A stretch of DNA of 64,000 bases from an uncultured Gemmatimonadales bacterium (GTDB lineage Bacteria > Gemmatimonadota > Gemmatimonadetes > Longimicrobiales > Longimicrobiaceae). Each line of letters begins with the position of its first letter. Positions within the stretch are counted from its first letter, which is position 1. Of this stretch, positions 49,007-58,267 are shown piece by piece. The notes under the pieces were generated by a model. The model was not told where the DNA came from. It saw nothing but the letters and a program-made list of their open reading frames with translations, and ran no database searches. A program made the position numbers and the translations under genes. Location of the stretch: the NCBI GenBank assembly GCA_963716255.1, contig OY970303.1, forward strand, positions 6,400,001 to 6,464,000, given 5' to 3'.

Positions 49007-50347
49007 ATGGCCCACGGCCACGACGACCCCGGATTTTCCGCGGAGGTCTTCCGCGCGCGGCGCGAGCGCTACCTGCGGCGCGCCGGAAGCGCGGTCACGG
49101 TGCTCCCGGCCGCGCGCGAGCGCTTCCGCTCGCGCGACACCGAGCTGCGCTTCCGGCAGGACAGCGACTTCCACTACCTCACCGGCTTCCCCGAGGCGGA
49201 GGCGGTGGCCGTGCTCACGCCGCACGACGCGGAGCGGCGCTTCACGCTGTTCGTGCGCCCGCGCGACCCGGAGCGCGAGGCGTGGAGCGGGGTGCGCCTG
49301 GGGGTGGAGGGGGCGCGGGAGCGCTTCGGCGCCGACGCGGCCTACCCGCTGGACGAGCTCGACCGGCACCTCCGCGAGCTGCTGCTCCCCGCGGACGAGG
49401 TGGTGTACGCCCTGGGCGCCCACCCGGAGATGGACCGGCGCATCACGGCGCTGCTGGGCGGCTTCCGCGGAACGAGGCCGCGCAGCGGCACGGGGCCGCT
49501 GGTACTCCGCGACCCGGACACCCTGCTGGCGGAGATGCGGCTGGTCAAGGAGCCCGCCGAGCTGGAGCTTCACCGGCGCGCGGCCCGCATCACCGCCGAG
49601 GGGCACCTGGCCGCCATGCGCGCCGCCCGCCCGGGCATCGGCGAGTGGGAGCTGGAAAGCCTGCTGGACGGCCACTTCCGCGGGGCCGGGGGCGGCGGCC
49701 CCGCCTACCCCACCATCGTGGGGTCCGGGGCGGGAGCCACGACGCTGCACTACGTCGCCAACGACCGCCGCGCCCAGGGCGGCGACCTGGTGCTGGTCGA
49801 CGCCGGCGCCGAGGTGGGGATGTACGCCGCCGACATCACCCGCACCTGGCCCGTGTCCGGGCGCTTCTCGCCGGCCCAGCGCGCCGTCTACGAGGTCGTG
49901 CTGGAGGCCGAGGAGGCCGCCCTCGCCGCGGTGCGCCCCGGCGTGTCCGTGCTGGACGCCCACGACGCCGCGGTGCGCGTGCTCACCCGCGGCATGGTGG
50001 AGCTGGGGCTGCTGGCCGGCGACGTGGACGAGCTGGTGCGCGACGGCGGCTTCCGCCGCTTCTACATGCACCAGACCTCCCACTGGCTAGGGCTGGACGT
50101 GCACGACGTGGGTCCGTACCGCCGCGCCGGCGGCGAGCCCGTCGCGCTGGAGCCGGGGATGGTGCTCACCATCGAGCCCGGGATCTACATCCCCGACTCG
50201 GCGCAGGACGTCCCGGCGGAGCTGCGCGGCATCGGGGTGCGCATCGAGGACAACGCCGTCGTCACGCCGGACGGGCACGAGGTCACCACCCGCGGCGTCC
50301 CGGTGTCCGTCGCGGAGGTGGAGGCGCGGGTGGGGAGCGGGGCGTAG
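49007..50347 (+). CDS. pepP: Xaa-Pro aminopeptidase (aminopeptidase P)
   Basis: FRQDSDFHYLTGF, LHY, DAG, DITRT, HWLGLDVHD, TIEPG, RIED. Confidence 0.93.
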   Translation: MAHGHDDPGFSAEVFRARRERYLRRAGSAVTVLPAARERFRSRDTELRFRQDSDFHYLTGFPEAEAVAVLTPHDAERRFTLFVRPRDPEREAWSGVRLGVEGARERFGADAAYPLDELDRHLRELLLPADEVVYALGAHPEMDRRITALLGGFRGTRPRSGTGPLVLRDPDTLLAEMRLVKEPAELELHRRAARITAEGHLAAMRAARPGIGEWELESLLDGHFRGAGGGGPAYPTIVGSGAGATTLHYVANDRRAQGGDLVLVDAGAEVGMYAADITRTWPVSGRFSPAQRAVYEVVLEAEEAALAAVRPGVSVLDAHDAAVRVLTRGMVELGLLAGDVDELVRDGGFRRFYMHQTSHWLGLDVHDVGPYRRAGGEPVALEPGMVLTIEPGIYIPDSAQDVPAELRGIGVRIEDNAVVTPDGHEVTTRGVPVSVAEVEARVGSGA

Positions 50348-50393
50348 GCGGCCCGGGCACGGGGCGCCGCTCACCTTGGAGGGCGGAGGAGTC

Positions 50394-51185
50394 ATGGTCC
50401 GGAGCGCGATGCGGGTGCGGGGCTTCGGGGAGGAAGCCGGGTTCCGCTGGCGGGGGAGGGAGGTCACGCGCCTGGAAGGGCTGAGCGATGCCGTCTTCGG
50501 CTTCGCCATCACCCTGCTGGTGGTCTCGCTGGAGGTGCCGCGCACCTTCGGCGAGATGCTGGAGGCAATGCGCGGCTTCCCCGCCTTCGCCGCGTCGTTC
50601 GCCGTGCTCTTCTGGATCTGGCACTCGCAGTACCTGTTCTTCCGCCGCTACGGGCTGCACGACCGGGCCACCACCGTGCTCAACGCCCTCCTCCTCTTCG
50701 TGGTGCTGTTCTTCATCTACCCGCTCAAGTTCGTCTTCAGCTACGTCATCGCGCTCTACACCTCCGGCATCCCCTTCGTCGCGGGCGCGGACGGCGCCCG
50801 CGTGCCGATGGTGACGCTGGAGCAGGGTCCGCTGATGATGGCGGTGTACGGCGGCGGGTACGTGGCGGTGTTCCTGCTCTTCGCGCTCCTGTACCTGCAC
50901 GCGTGGAGGCTGCGCGACGCGCTGGCCCTGAGCGCCGTGGAGCGCTTCGACACCCGCGCCGACGTCCGCACCGCGCTCCTCAACGTCGCCGTGGGCGTGC
51001 TTTCCATCGCCGTCGCGCTCGTGGGCCGCGGCCCGCTCAGCCTGGCCGCGGCCGGCTTCACCTACGCGCTGCTGGGCCCGGTCATGGCGGTGGACGGGAT
51101 CTCGCGCGGCCGCCGCCGCAGGCGCCTCCTGGAGGCCGGCGATCCCGCCGCGGAGCGGACGGGAGCCGCCGTCGCCGCGGGCTGA
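50394..51185 (+). CDS. TMEM175-family potassium channel (DUF1211)
   Basis: RLEGLSDAVFGFAITLLV signature; about 6 TM helices; GGAGGAG RBS. Confidence 0.82.
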   Translation: MVRSAMRVRGFGEEAGFRWRGREVTRLEGLSDAVFGFAITLLVVSLEVPRTFGEMLEAMRGFPAFAASFAVLFWIWHSQYLFFRRYGLHDRATTVLNALLLFVVLFFIYPLKFVFSYVIALYTSGIPFVAGADGARVPMVTLEQGPLMMAVYGGGYVAVFLLFALLYLHAWRLRDALALSAVERFDTRADVRTALLNVAVGVLSIAVALVGRGPLSLAAAGFTYALLGPVMAVDGISRGRRRRRLLEAGDPAAERTGAAVAAG

Positions 51186-51357
51186 ACGGAGGCGCGCCGC
51201 CGGGTCCTGTCCGTCGAACCGCTTCCCGCGGCCGACCCGCGCCGGCGGAAAGCAGGTACCGGGGACGGGCGCTGCCTGCGAGTGTCCGATTCGTCGGACA
51301 GAGCCCGGGAAGGCCGCTCCTTGCGCCGGGGGGAGCCGCGCTGTAACCTACAACCAA

Positions 51358-51708
51358 ATGGTTGCACCTTCTTCGCTCAGCGATGCGGAAATCGACCGCG
51401 TCTTCCAGGCCCTGGCCGATGCGACCCGACGGGACATCGTCGCGCGCGTCATGGCCGGGGAGGCAGCGTCGATCTCGGCGCTCGCGGCGCGGTACGACAT
51501 GTCCTTCGCGGCGGTGCAGAAGCACGTCGCCGTGTTGGAAGGAGCCGGGCTCGTCACGAAGCGGACGCAGGGGCGCGAGAAGATCGTCCGCGCCAACCCG
51601 GAGCAGCTGGCGCGGGCGCGCGAGCTGCTCGCCCGGCTCGAGGGCCTGTGGAGGGCCCGGTTCAGCCAGCTCGATCGCGTGTTCACCCATCCCAGCCACC
51701 AGGAGTGA
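51358..51708 (+). CDS. ArsR/SmtB-family transcriptional regulator
   Basis: VFQALADATRRDI, AVQKHVAVLEGAGLV, GRE. Confidence 0.9.
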   Translation: MVAPSSLSDAEIDRVFQALADATRRDIVARVMAGEAASISALAARYDMSFAAVQKHVAVLEGAGLVTKRTQGREKIVRANPEQLARARELLARLEGLWRARFSQLDRVFTHPSHQE

Positions 51709-51711
51709 GCC

Positions 51712-52233
51712 ATGCCCATCCGGTCCGTCACCTCAGACAAGGACGCCCTTACCCTGACAGTGGTCGGCGAGTACCCCGTCCCGGTCGAGCGCTTATGGGA
51801 GGCGTACGCCGACCCGCGCCAGCTGGAGCGGTTCTGGGGACCGGAAACCTGGCCGGCCACCTTCACCCGGCACGACATGGCGGTCGGGGGTCGCTCCGAG
51901 TACTCCATGACCGGACCGGACGGCAGCTCGTCGCGCGGCTGGTGGCGGTTTCTCGCCGTGGAGCCGCACCGCCGGATCGAAGTGGAGGACGGCTTCTCGC
52001 ACGACGACGGCAGCCCGAACGAAGACATGCCGTCGATGCGCATGGTCTTCACGTTCGAGCCGACGGAGGGTGGCTCGCGGTTCACCAGCGTCACGCACTT
52101 CACCAGTCTGGAGTCGATGCAGCAGCTGGTGGACATGGGGATGATCGAGGGCATGAAGTCGGCTCTCGGGCAGCTGGACGGTGTGCTGGCCGAGCCCTCG
52201 TCGGCAGCGGCGGGCCGCACCCCGGACGCGTAG
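51712..52233 (+). CDS. SRPBCC/AHSA1 domain protein
   Basis: LWEAYADP..LERFWGP, VGG...YSMTGPDG; typical ArsR partner. Confidence 0.88.
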   Translation: MPIRSVTSDKDALTLTVVGEYPVPVERLWEAYADPRQLERFWGPETWPATFTRHDMAVGGRSEYSMTGPDGSSSRGWWRFLAVEPHRRIEVEDGFSHDDGSPNEDMPSMRMVFTFEPTEGGSRFTSVTHFTSLESMQQLVDMGMIEGMKSALGQLDGVLAEPSSAAAGRTPDA

Positions 52234-52249
52234 CGGACGGCTGCCTGCG

Positions 52250-52289
52250 GACGACGCCCCCGCCGGGATCTCCCGGCGGGGGCGTCGTC
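52250..52289. terminator. R4 palindrome between convergent genes
   Basis: GACGACGCCCCCGCCGGGA-TC-TCCCGGCGGGGGCGTCGTC. Confidence 0.65.
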
Positions 52290-52317
52290 GCGTACTCCCT
52301 AACTTCCGTGCCGGAGG

Positions 52318-52698
52318 CTAGGTCGCGGGGACCAGGTCCGCGCGGAGGTTCGCCGTCTCCACGTGGCACTCGCCGCGCTTCACCGACACGTCGGCGCGGG
52401 TCCAGTCACGGTACCCAGCCTTCCTGACGGTGACCACGTACACTCCCGCGCGCTCGTGCGCGATCCCCATGGAGGAGAACTCCGCCGGGATCTCCACCGT
52501 TTCCACGAACGCCCCGTCGCGCACCGTCAGCGTGGCGGGCCCCGCGAGCGCCGCCCCCGTCTGCGCGTGGCGCATCTCCACCTGCACGGCGGTGCGCGCC
52601 TCCATGGTGCACACCGTGTCCTCCAGCGGGTTCTGCGGGCACGCCGCCAGCAGCGGCACGAGCGCGACCAGGCCCAGCCTCACCAGGGTTTTCTTCAT
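52318..52698 (-). CDS. Small lipoprotein with carboxypeptidase-regulatory-like beta-sandwich
   Basis: GGAGG RBS; lipobox LAAC; GVYVVTVRKAGY; Cys pair. Confidence 0.72.
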   Translation of the reverse strand: MKKTLVRLGLVALVPLLAACPQNPLEDTVCTMEARTAVQVEMRHAQTGAALAGPATLTVRDGAFVETVEIPAEFSSMGIAHERAGVYVVTVRKAGYRDWTRADVSVKRGECHVETANLRADLVPAT

Positions 52699-52835
52699 CG
52701 TTCCTCCGGGATGGAAGTGGAAGCTCACAACGCACGCCGTCGCTGCCCTCTGGACGCCGCCCGCCCGCCGCGGGTCACTGCGAGCCCGGCCCGAAGGGCC
52801 CCCACCCGGCGGCCTTAGAGCCGCCACCCACCCCC

Positions 52836-52995
52836 GCGGACGCCAGCGCGAGCCCCGCGTGAGGGATTTCGGCCCGAAGGGGCGAGACCCGGCGGGGCTG
52901 TTTCCGCCGGGTCTCGACTCCGTTACGCACGGTTGTTTCGTGCGTTACGGAGCCGAAGCCCGACCCCGGCGCCCGCCGGGGGCACGCCCGAACCC
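52836..52995 (-). repeat. R1 element copy 10
   Basis: Reverse-complement core plus tail, 20 nt after stop. Confidence 0.92.
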
Positions 52996-53015
52996 GCCGT
53001 AAGATAAACCCGCAC

Positions 53016-55280
53016 TCACCAGGAGAACACGTCGAGTATGCTCGAGTGGTCGTCCGTCCACGCCCGCACGCCAGGCCTGCCACGAACCGGCCGCCAGCGC
53101 GCGTCCGTGGCCAGCATCCCCAGGTCCCAGTCGCTGCGGGCCACCACGATCCAGGTGGACAGGTTCTGGTACGGGAGCGCCCGCGGGATCCCCCACGCCC
53201 CCACGCGCACCGCCAGCCCCCGCTCGCGCGCCAGCGCCGCCACCACCGGCTCCAGGTCCAGGTAGCGGTTGCTGACGTGCACGGCGATGCGCCCGCCCGG
53301 GGCCAGCCGCTCCAGGTAGATGCCCAGCGCTTCGCGGGTGAGCAGGTGCACGGGGATGGCGTCCGAGCTGAAGGCGTCCAGCACGATCAGGTCGTAGGTG
53401 GGCGCCCGCTCGCGGACCTCGCGCGCCAGCGACACGCGCGCGTCCCCCAGCACCACGCGCGTTGGAGCCGGCGAATCGGGCAGGTAGGTGAAGAGCCGCC
53501 GGTCGCGGGCGATGCGCTCCATCCCCGGGTCGATCTCGAAGAAGGTCCAGCGCTCGTTCTCCGAGGCGTAGGCGGCCGTGGTTCCCGCGCCCAGCCCCAC
53601 CACGGCCACGCGGCGCGCGCGGGTGGAGAGCCCCTGCGTGGCGAACACGTCGCCCAGCGGGCCGATGCGCACGTAGTAGGTGAGCGGGTCGCGGCGGTGC
53701 TCCGGGTCCAGGCTCTGCGCGCCGTGCATGGTGGAGCCGTGGGTGAGCACGTGGAAGGCCTCGTCGCCCGCCGTCCCCCGCACCACGCGGTAGTGCCCGA
53801 AGAAGGAGCGGTCGGCGTGCAGGATGGGCGCGGCGCGCTGGTCCTCGACCGCGCGCACCAGGTACACCGACCCCAGGCAAAGCGCGAGCAGGAGCGGCGC
53901 CCGCCCCAGCACAGCCGAAAGGAGCGCCACGTACACCCCGCCCATCCCCGCGAGCAGGACGAACGGGGTCGTCCCGGGGTCGCGGCTGGTGAGCAGGTAC
54001 AGCGCCACGGCGAACCCGGCGGCCCGCAGCGCCGCCAGGGCGTGCTCGCGCAGGGTGCGCCCCTCCTCCGGCCAGGGGCGCGCCAGGCAGGCGAGCACCA
54101 GCACCAGCGGGTACTCCCACGTTTCTGTGAACACCAGGGGTGCCACCAGCACGTTGAAGATACCCCCCAGCACCCCGCCCACCGACAGCCACAGGTAGAA
54201 CTCGGTGAGGTGGCGCGCGTCCGGCCGGCGGCGCGACAGCTCGCCGTGGCACACCATGGCGGTGACGAAGAGCGCCGCCAGGTGGATGGGCACGGCGACG
54301 GCGGGGCGGGTCAGCGAGCTGCCCAGCAGCAGGTACACCACGGCCACCAGCAGCGCCGGCTGCGCCGCCACCATCCACCCGTGCGGAACCAGCTGCCGCG
54401 GCGCGAACACCAGGGTGAAGGTGAGCAGGTACAGCGCCAGCGGGAGCACCCAGAGGAGCGGCGCGGGGGTCAGGTCGGTGGTCAGGTAGGTGGTGGCCCC
54501 CAGCAGCAAGCTGGACGGCAGGAAGGCGAGCCCCACCCAGGCGGCCCGCCGCCGCGCGGTCACCGGCGCCGGGTCCGCGGCGGCGGCCCCGCGGGCCGCG
54601 GCCGCCCCCGCCGCGTGCGTGCGCCACACCAGCGCGGCGCACCCGGCCACCCCCGCCACGAGGAGCGCGTAGCCCGCGGCCCACACGGCGCTCTGCTGCG
54701 CAAGGTGCAGCCCCGGCTCCAGCAGGAACGGGTACGCCAGCAGCCCCAGCAGGCTTCCCAGGTTGCTGGCGGCGTACAGCCAGTACGGGTTCGCCGCGGC
54801 GGGCGACCCGCTCTCCGCGAACCAGCGCTGGAGGATGGGCCCCGTCCCCGCCAGCACCATGAACGGCGCGCCCACGGTGGTGAGCAGCACCAGCAGCAGC
54901 CAGGGGATGGGGGCGCCCCCGCCCGTGGGCGCCGCGTCACCCACCGCAAGCGGGAGGGCCAGGCCGGCGGCGAGCATCAGCGCCAGGTGCACGGCGGCCT
55001 GGCGGCGCACCCCCAGCGCGCGCGTGGTCAGGTGCGCCCACAGGTAGCCGCCCAGCAGCGCCGCCTGGAAGAAGAGCATGCAGGTGTTCCACACCGCCGG
55101 CGAGCCGCCCAGCAGCGGGAGCACCATCTTGCCGAACATGGGCTGCACCTGGAACAGCAGGAACGCCCCGGCGAAGACGGTGGCCGCGTAGGCGCCCACG
55201 AGCGCGGCGGCGCCACGGCGTGGGGTCGGGGGGGCGTGCGGCTCGGCCGCGGGGGTCACTGCGGGTGCGGCGCTTTCCAC
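53016..55280 (-). CDS. Fused MFS/spermidine synthase-like membrane methyltransferase
   Basis: FLLFQVQP, GGSPAVW, YAASNLGS, CHGEL; VGLGAG, EIDP, GDAR, DAFSSDAIPVHLLT, WTDD; start uncertain (55280-55379). Confidence 0.88.
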   Translation of the reverse strand: MESAAPAVTPAAEPHAPPTPRRGAAALVGAYAATVFAGAFLLFQVQPMFGKMVLPLLGGSPAVWNTCMLFFQAALLGGYLWAHLTTRALGVRRQAAVHLALMLAAGLALPLAVGDAAPTGGGAPIPWLLLVLLTTVGAPFMVLAGTGPILQRWFAESGSPAAANPYWLYAASNLGSLLGLLAYPFLLEPGLHLAQQSAVWAAGYALLVAGVAGCAALVWRTHAAGAAAARGAAAADPAPVTARRRAAWVGLAFLPSSLLLGATTYLTTDLTPAPLLWVLPLALYLLTFTLVFAPRQLVPHGWMVAAQPALLVAVVYLLLGSSLTRPAVAVPIHLAALFVTAMVCHGELSRRRPDARHLTEFYLWLSVGGVLGGIFNVLVAPLVFTETWEYPLVLVLACLARPWPEEGRTLREHALAALRAAGFAVALYLLTSRDPGTTPFVLLAGMGGVYVALLSAVLGRAPLLLALCLGSVYLVRAVEDQRAAPILHADRSFFGHYRVVRGTAGDEAFHVLTHGSTMHGAQSLDPEHRRDPLTYYVRIGPLGDVFATQGLSTRARRVAVVGLGAGTTAAYASENERWTFFEIDPGMERIARDRRLFTYLPDSPAPTRVVLGDARVSLAREVRERAPTYDLIVLDAFSSDAIPVHLLTREALGIYLERLAPGGRIAVHVSNRYLDLEPVVAALARERGLAVRVGAWGIPRALPYQNLSTWIVVARSDWDLGMLATDARWRPVRGRPGVRAWTDDHSSILDVFSW

Positions 55281-55383
55281 GGGTGTCGGGTGCTGGGCGT
55301 TGCTCGGAGTCGCTGGGTCGCGGGGGAATCTACCAGCGGGGGCGGGGGCGTCGATAGCGGTTGCCGGTTCGAGGTTCAACAGC

Positions 55384-55554
55384 GGGTTCGGGCGTGCCCC
55401 CGGCTGGCGCCGGGGTCGGGCTTCGGCTCCGTAACGCACGAAACAACCGTGCGTAACGGAGTCGAGCCCGCGCCAGCACCTCTGAACTGAGGTGCCGCGC
55501 GGTCTCGCCCCTTCGGGCCGAAATCCCTCACGCGGGCATCGCGCTGGCGTCCGC
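55384..55554 (+). repeat. R1 element copy 11 (second arm extended)
   Basis: Core plus tail; arm carries extra GCACCTC...GAGGTGC helix. Confidence 0.9.
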
Positions 55555-55780
55555 GGGGAGGCGCGGCGTCGTGCGTTCTGCGGTGCGGAGGCGCAGCCTG
55601 CCAGCCGCGGGGGGCGGCGGCGGGCGCGCGGGGGCGGGGTGCGTTCGGGGCGACCGGCTCCGATAACTGACTGTACGGCAAGCGCTTCGCGCTCCGGCGA
55701 CGCGACTTCGTCAGGATTTGGCGCGAGAGCGGTGCGGGAGTTGCGGCGCGTGTGGGCGGGGTCGATGCTGCGGAGGAGCC

Positions 55781-55960
55781 ATGGATGAAGCGCGGACCGA
55801 AAGGCTGATCGCCCGTGCGCGCGAGGCGCGCGCCAGGTTCCTGCGCCTCAAAGCCGATGCGCTGCGCAGCATGGACCACTCCCGGATCCTCCGGGAGAAG
55901 GCCCGGAACCGGCCGGACGCGACGCGGCAGGAAGGGAGCGGAGACGATGGCGATGCGTGA
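55781..55960 (+). CDS. Small hypothetical helical protein (59 aa)
   Basis: GGAGG RBS; overlaps the next gene start. Confidence 0.55.
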   Translation: MDEARTERLIARAREARARFLRLKADALRSMDHSRILREKARNRPDATRQEGSGDDGDA

Positions 55961-56192
55961 GCTGGTGCACCAGGGCGTCACCTGGACCATCTGGGACGTC
56001 CGTCCCACCTCGGTGGCGCGCCTGCGCCTGACCGGCGCCACCGAGGTGCTGGAGGCCGGCTGGCTGTGCTTCGAGTCGCCGGCCGAGAAGCGGCGCGTGG
56101 TCCCCATCCCCGAAGGGTGGGAGGCCTGGACGGACGACGACCTGGGGAGCTGCCTGGAACGGGCGGAAGTGCACACCCGCCGCCACGCCTGA
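55947..56192 (+). CDS. Small Trp-rich hypothetical protein (81 aa)
   Basis: GGAG RBS; WTIWDVRP, GWLCFES..EKRR..PIPEGW; followed by a strong hairpin. Confidence 0.72.
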   Translation: MAMRELVHQGVTWTIWDVRPTSVARLRLTGATEVLEAGWLCFESPAEKRRVVPIPEGWEAWTDDDLGSCLERAEVHTRRHA

Positions 56193-56227
56193 CCCGCGGC
56201 CGGCGCCTCCACACCACGCACCTCCCG

Positions 56228-56273
56228 ACGACGACAGGGGCGCTCACCATGCGGTGAGCGCCCCTGTCGTCGT
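56228..56273. terminator. Long perfect hairpin
   Basis: ACGACGACAGGGGCGCTCACC-ATGC-GGTGAGCGCCCCTGTCGTCGT. Confidence 0.65.
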
Positions 56274-56403
56274 GCTGCCCTGCGGCCCTCACCCGGCTCG
56301 CTGAGGGCTCGCCACCCTCTCCATTCCTTCGGTTCACGCGAAGCGTGAAGCGCCATTCCGGGAGAGGGGACAACTGCTGGATCTTGAGTACGGGCAAGTG
56401 GTT

Positions 56404-56535
56404 GCGTGAGGGATTACGGCCCGAAGGGGCGAGACCCGCGCAGTTTGCGGGGCTCGACTCCGTCAGCCCGCGTTGTATGCGGGCTTACGGAGCCGAAGCC
56501 CGACCCCGGCGCCAGCCGGGGGCACGCCCGAACCC
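56404..56535 (-). repeat. R1 element copy 12
   Basis: Reverse-complement core, 32 nt after stop. Confidence 0.9.
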
Positions 56536-56567
56536 GCCGTTGGGTCCCTTTCTAAACGATACCGGCC

Positions 56568-57095
56568 TTACTGCTGCGCCGGCGCCGCGGCGCGAAGCTC
56601 CTGGAGCCGCGTGAGCAACGTCTGCGTCTCCGGCTCCAGCTCGGCCATCTTGGCGACGATCCGCTCCTGGAAGCTCTTGATGCGGGCGGCCATGGCGGCG
56701 TCCTGCATGGCGCGCTGCCGCGCCGAGGCGAACCCCTGCTGGAGCTGCGTGGCTTCGGCGGCGAGCTGGTTGAGCTTGGCGTTGTCCTTGGCGGCCTGGG
56801 CCGCGGTGACCTCGGCCTTGAGCGCCTCGGCGCGCGCCGCCTGGGCCCTGAAGGTGGGGTCCAGCCGCTCCATGGTGGCCGTCATCTCGGTGCCGATGGA
56901 GTCCTGGGCCGCCTTGAGGGCGGCGTCCTGGAGGGCGCGGGCCTGGATCTGCTGCAGGCGGGCCTGGATCTGCTGCATCTCCGCCTGCGCGGGGGCCTGC
57001 GGCTGCGGGGCGGCGGGCGTCCCCTGGGCCGACAGCGCGGCGGGGGCGGCCGCGAGCGCCAGGGCGAAGAGCGAGGTGCGAAGCGTATTGGACAC
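56568..57095 (-). CDS. Secreted Ala/Gln-rich coiled-coil hypothetical protein
   Basis: AAGGAG RBS, GTG start; signal peptide ending ALSA; host-like codon use. Confidence 0.75.
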   Translation of the reverse strand: MSNTLRTSLFALALAAAPAALSAQGTPAAPQPQAPAQAEMQQIQARLQQIQARALQDAALKAAQDSIGTEMTATMERLDPTFRAQAARAEALKAEVTAAQAAKDNAKLNQLAAEATQLQQGFASARQRAMQDAAMAARIKSFQERIVAKMAELEPETQTLLTRLQELRAAAPAQQ

Positions 57096-57343
57096 GGGAA
57101 CTCCTTCCGGACGGTGGTGCGCGTGGCGCGGGTGCGGTGCGCCGGCGGGTGCGGCGCGCTCTCGCCGCACAGAAACCCCGCGGCGCCCGCGGAGTTCCCC
57201 ACGCGTTCCGTGCACAACGTCCATCCTCGCAGCGGGTTGGCCCCCCGGCGGGCGTCCGGCGGGGCGGCGGGCTGGACTCGCCGCCGCCTCCCGTGTACAG
57301 TTGTCGCGTCCCGGTCCACCCCCCCCTCGCAGACGACGCGCAC

Positions 57344-57640
57344 GTGAGCAGCCTTCCGCCGTTCCTGGAGCTTCCCCCGGAGAAGCGTCCGCCGCGCCCC
57401 CCGCGGAGCGTCCGCACCGCGGTGCTCCTCGCCCTCTTCTTCGGGCCGCTGGGGCTCTTCTACGTGTCGGCCGTCAGCGGTGTGCTGATGACCTTCGTCA
57501 CCCTGGTGGCGGCGCTGTCCACGGTGGGCGTGGGGCTGATCTTCGCCTGGCCGCTGTGCGTGGTGTGGGCCTACATCGCCGCGAGCTCCCACCACGACGA
57601 CACGGCGGGCGCGTCCGGGGACGGCGGGACCGCCCGCTAG
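57344..57640 (+). CDS. Small membrane protein
   Basis: AVLLALFFGPLGLFY plus further TM helices; GTG start uncertain. Confidence 0.68.
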   Translation: MSSLPPFLELPPEKRPPRPPRSVRTAVLLALFFGPLGLFYVSAVSGVLMTFVTLVAALSTVGVGLIFAWPLCVVWAYIAASSHHDDTAGASGDGGTAR

Positions 57641-57668
57641 AAGACAAGGCCGCCGGCCAGCCGCACCC

Positions 57669-57722
57669 GCGGACGCCGGCGCGAGCCCGACCCCGGCGCC
57701 AGCCGGGGGCACGCCCGAACCC
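57669..57722 (-). repeat. R1 element copy 13, internally deleted
   Basis: 5' hairpin joined directly to the 3' tail at AGCCC. Confidence 0.8.
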
Positions 57723-57745
57723 TGCCGTCCCGTCCGTCCTGGAAG

Positions 57746-58084
57746 TCAGCGCTCCACCTGCTCCCCCGTGCGCAGCTCGTACGACGGCCCCTCGATCCAG
57801 AACAGCAGGTGCTCCGCGTCCGGCAGCTCCGGGTGCGGCCGGGCCAGCTCCACCGCCCAGAGCGGGTCCACGATCCCCGGCCTCACCACCCGCTCCACCG
57901 TTTCCGGCTCCGTCCGTACCACCTTCACCACGGCCGGCGTTTCCAGCTCCACCAGGCTGGTGTCCAGGTAGCGGAGGTCGTACGCAACCAGCCGCTGGGC
58001 CGTGAAGGTCCAGCCGCGATGGATCGCGTAGTCCTCGCGGACGGTGTCCAGCACCCACTGGCGGACAAGGTCGGTCTCCAGCAT
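57746..58084 (-). CDS. Hypothetical protein (112 aa)
   Basis: Protein-like composition in the last part of the long 57746-59461 ORF; ATG at 58084. Confidence 0.62.
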   Translation of the reverse strand: MLETDLVRQWVLDTVREDYAIHRGWTFTAQRLVAYDLRYLDTSLVELETPAVVKVVRTEPETVERVVRPGIVDPLWAVELARPHPELPDAEHLLFWIEGPSYELRTGEQVER

Positions 58085-58267
58085 CGCGCCCGTTCCGGTG
58101 TCGTCCTCTCGGCATGCCCGCCGCTCCACGGAGCACGACCCGTTCCCGCGCGCCGAAGCCCGCCCTGCCGGACGGAGCCCGCACACGATCCTTGCCAGAC
58201 ACATTTGCAGACATATTTTGCGGATGCACCCCAAAGGATCGACCCACCTCGGAACCGGGAGCCCGCC

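Noticed and set aside
50394..51185. TMEM175 channel as a eukaryote-derived gene
   Set aside because: Single-repeat bacterial TMEM175 homologues are well known
51348..52233. ArsR-SRPBCC pair as a mobile island
   Set aside because: Codon use is only mildly atypical, no boundaries are visible, and the pair is very common
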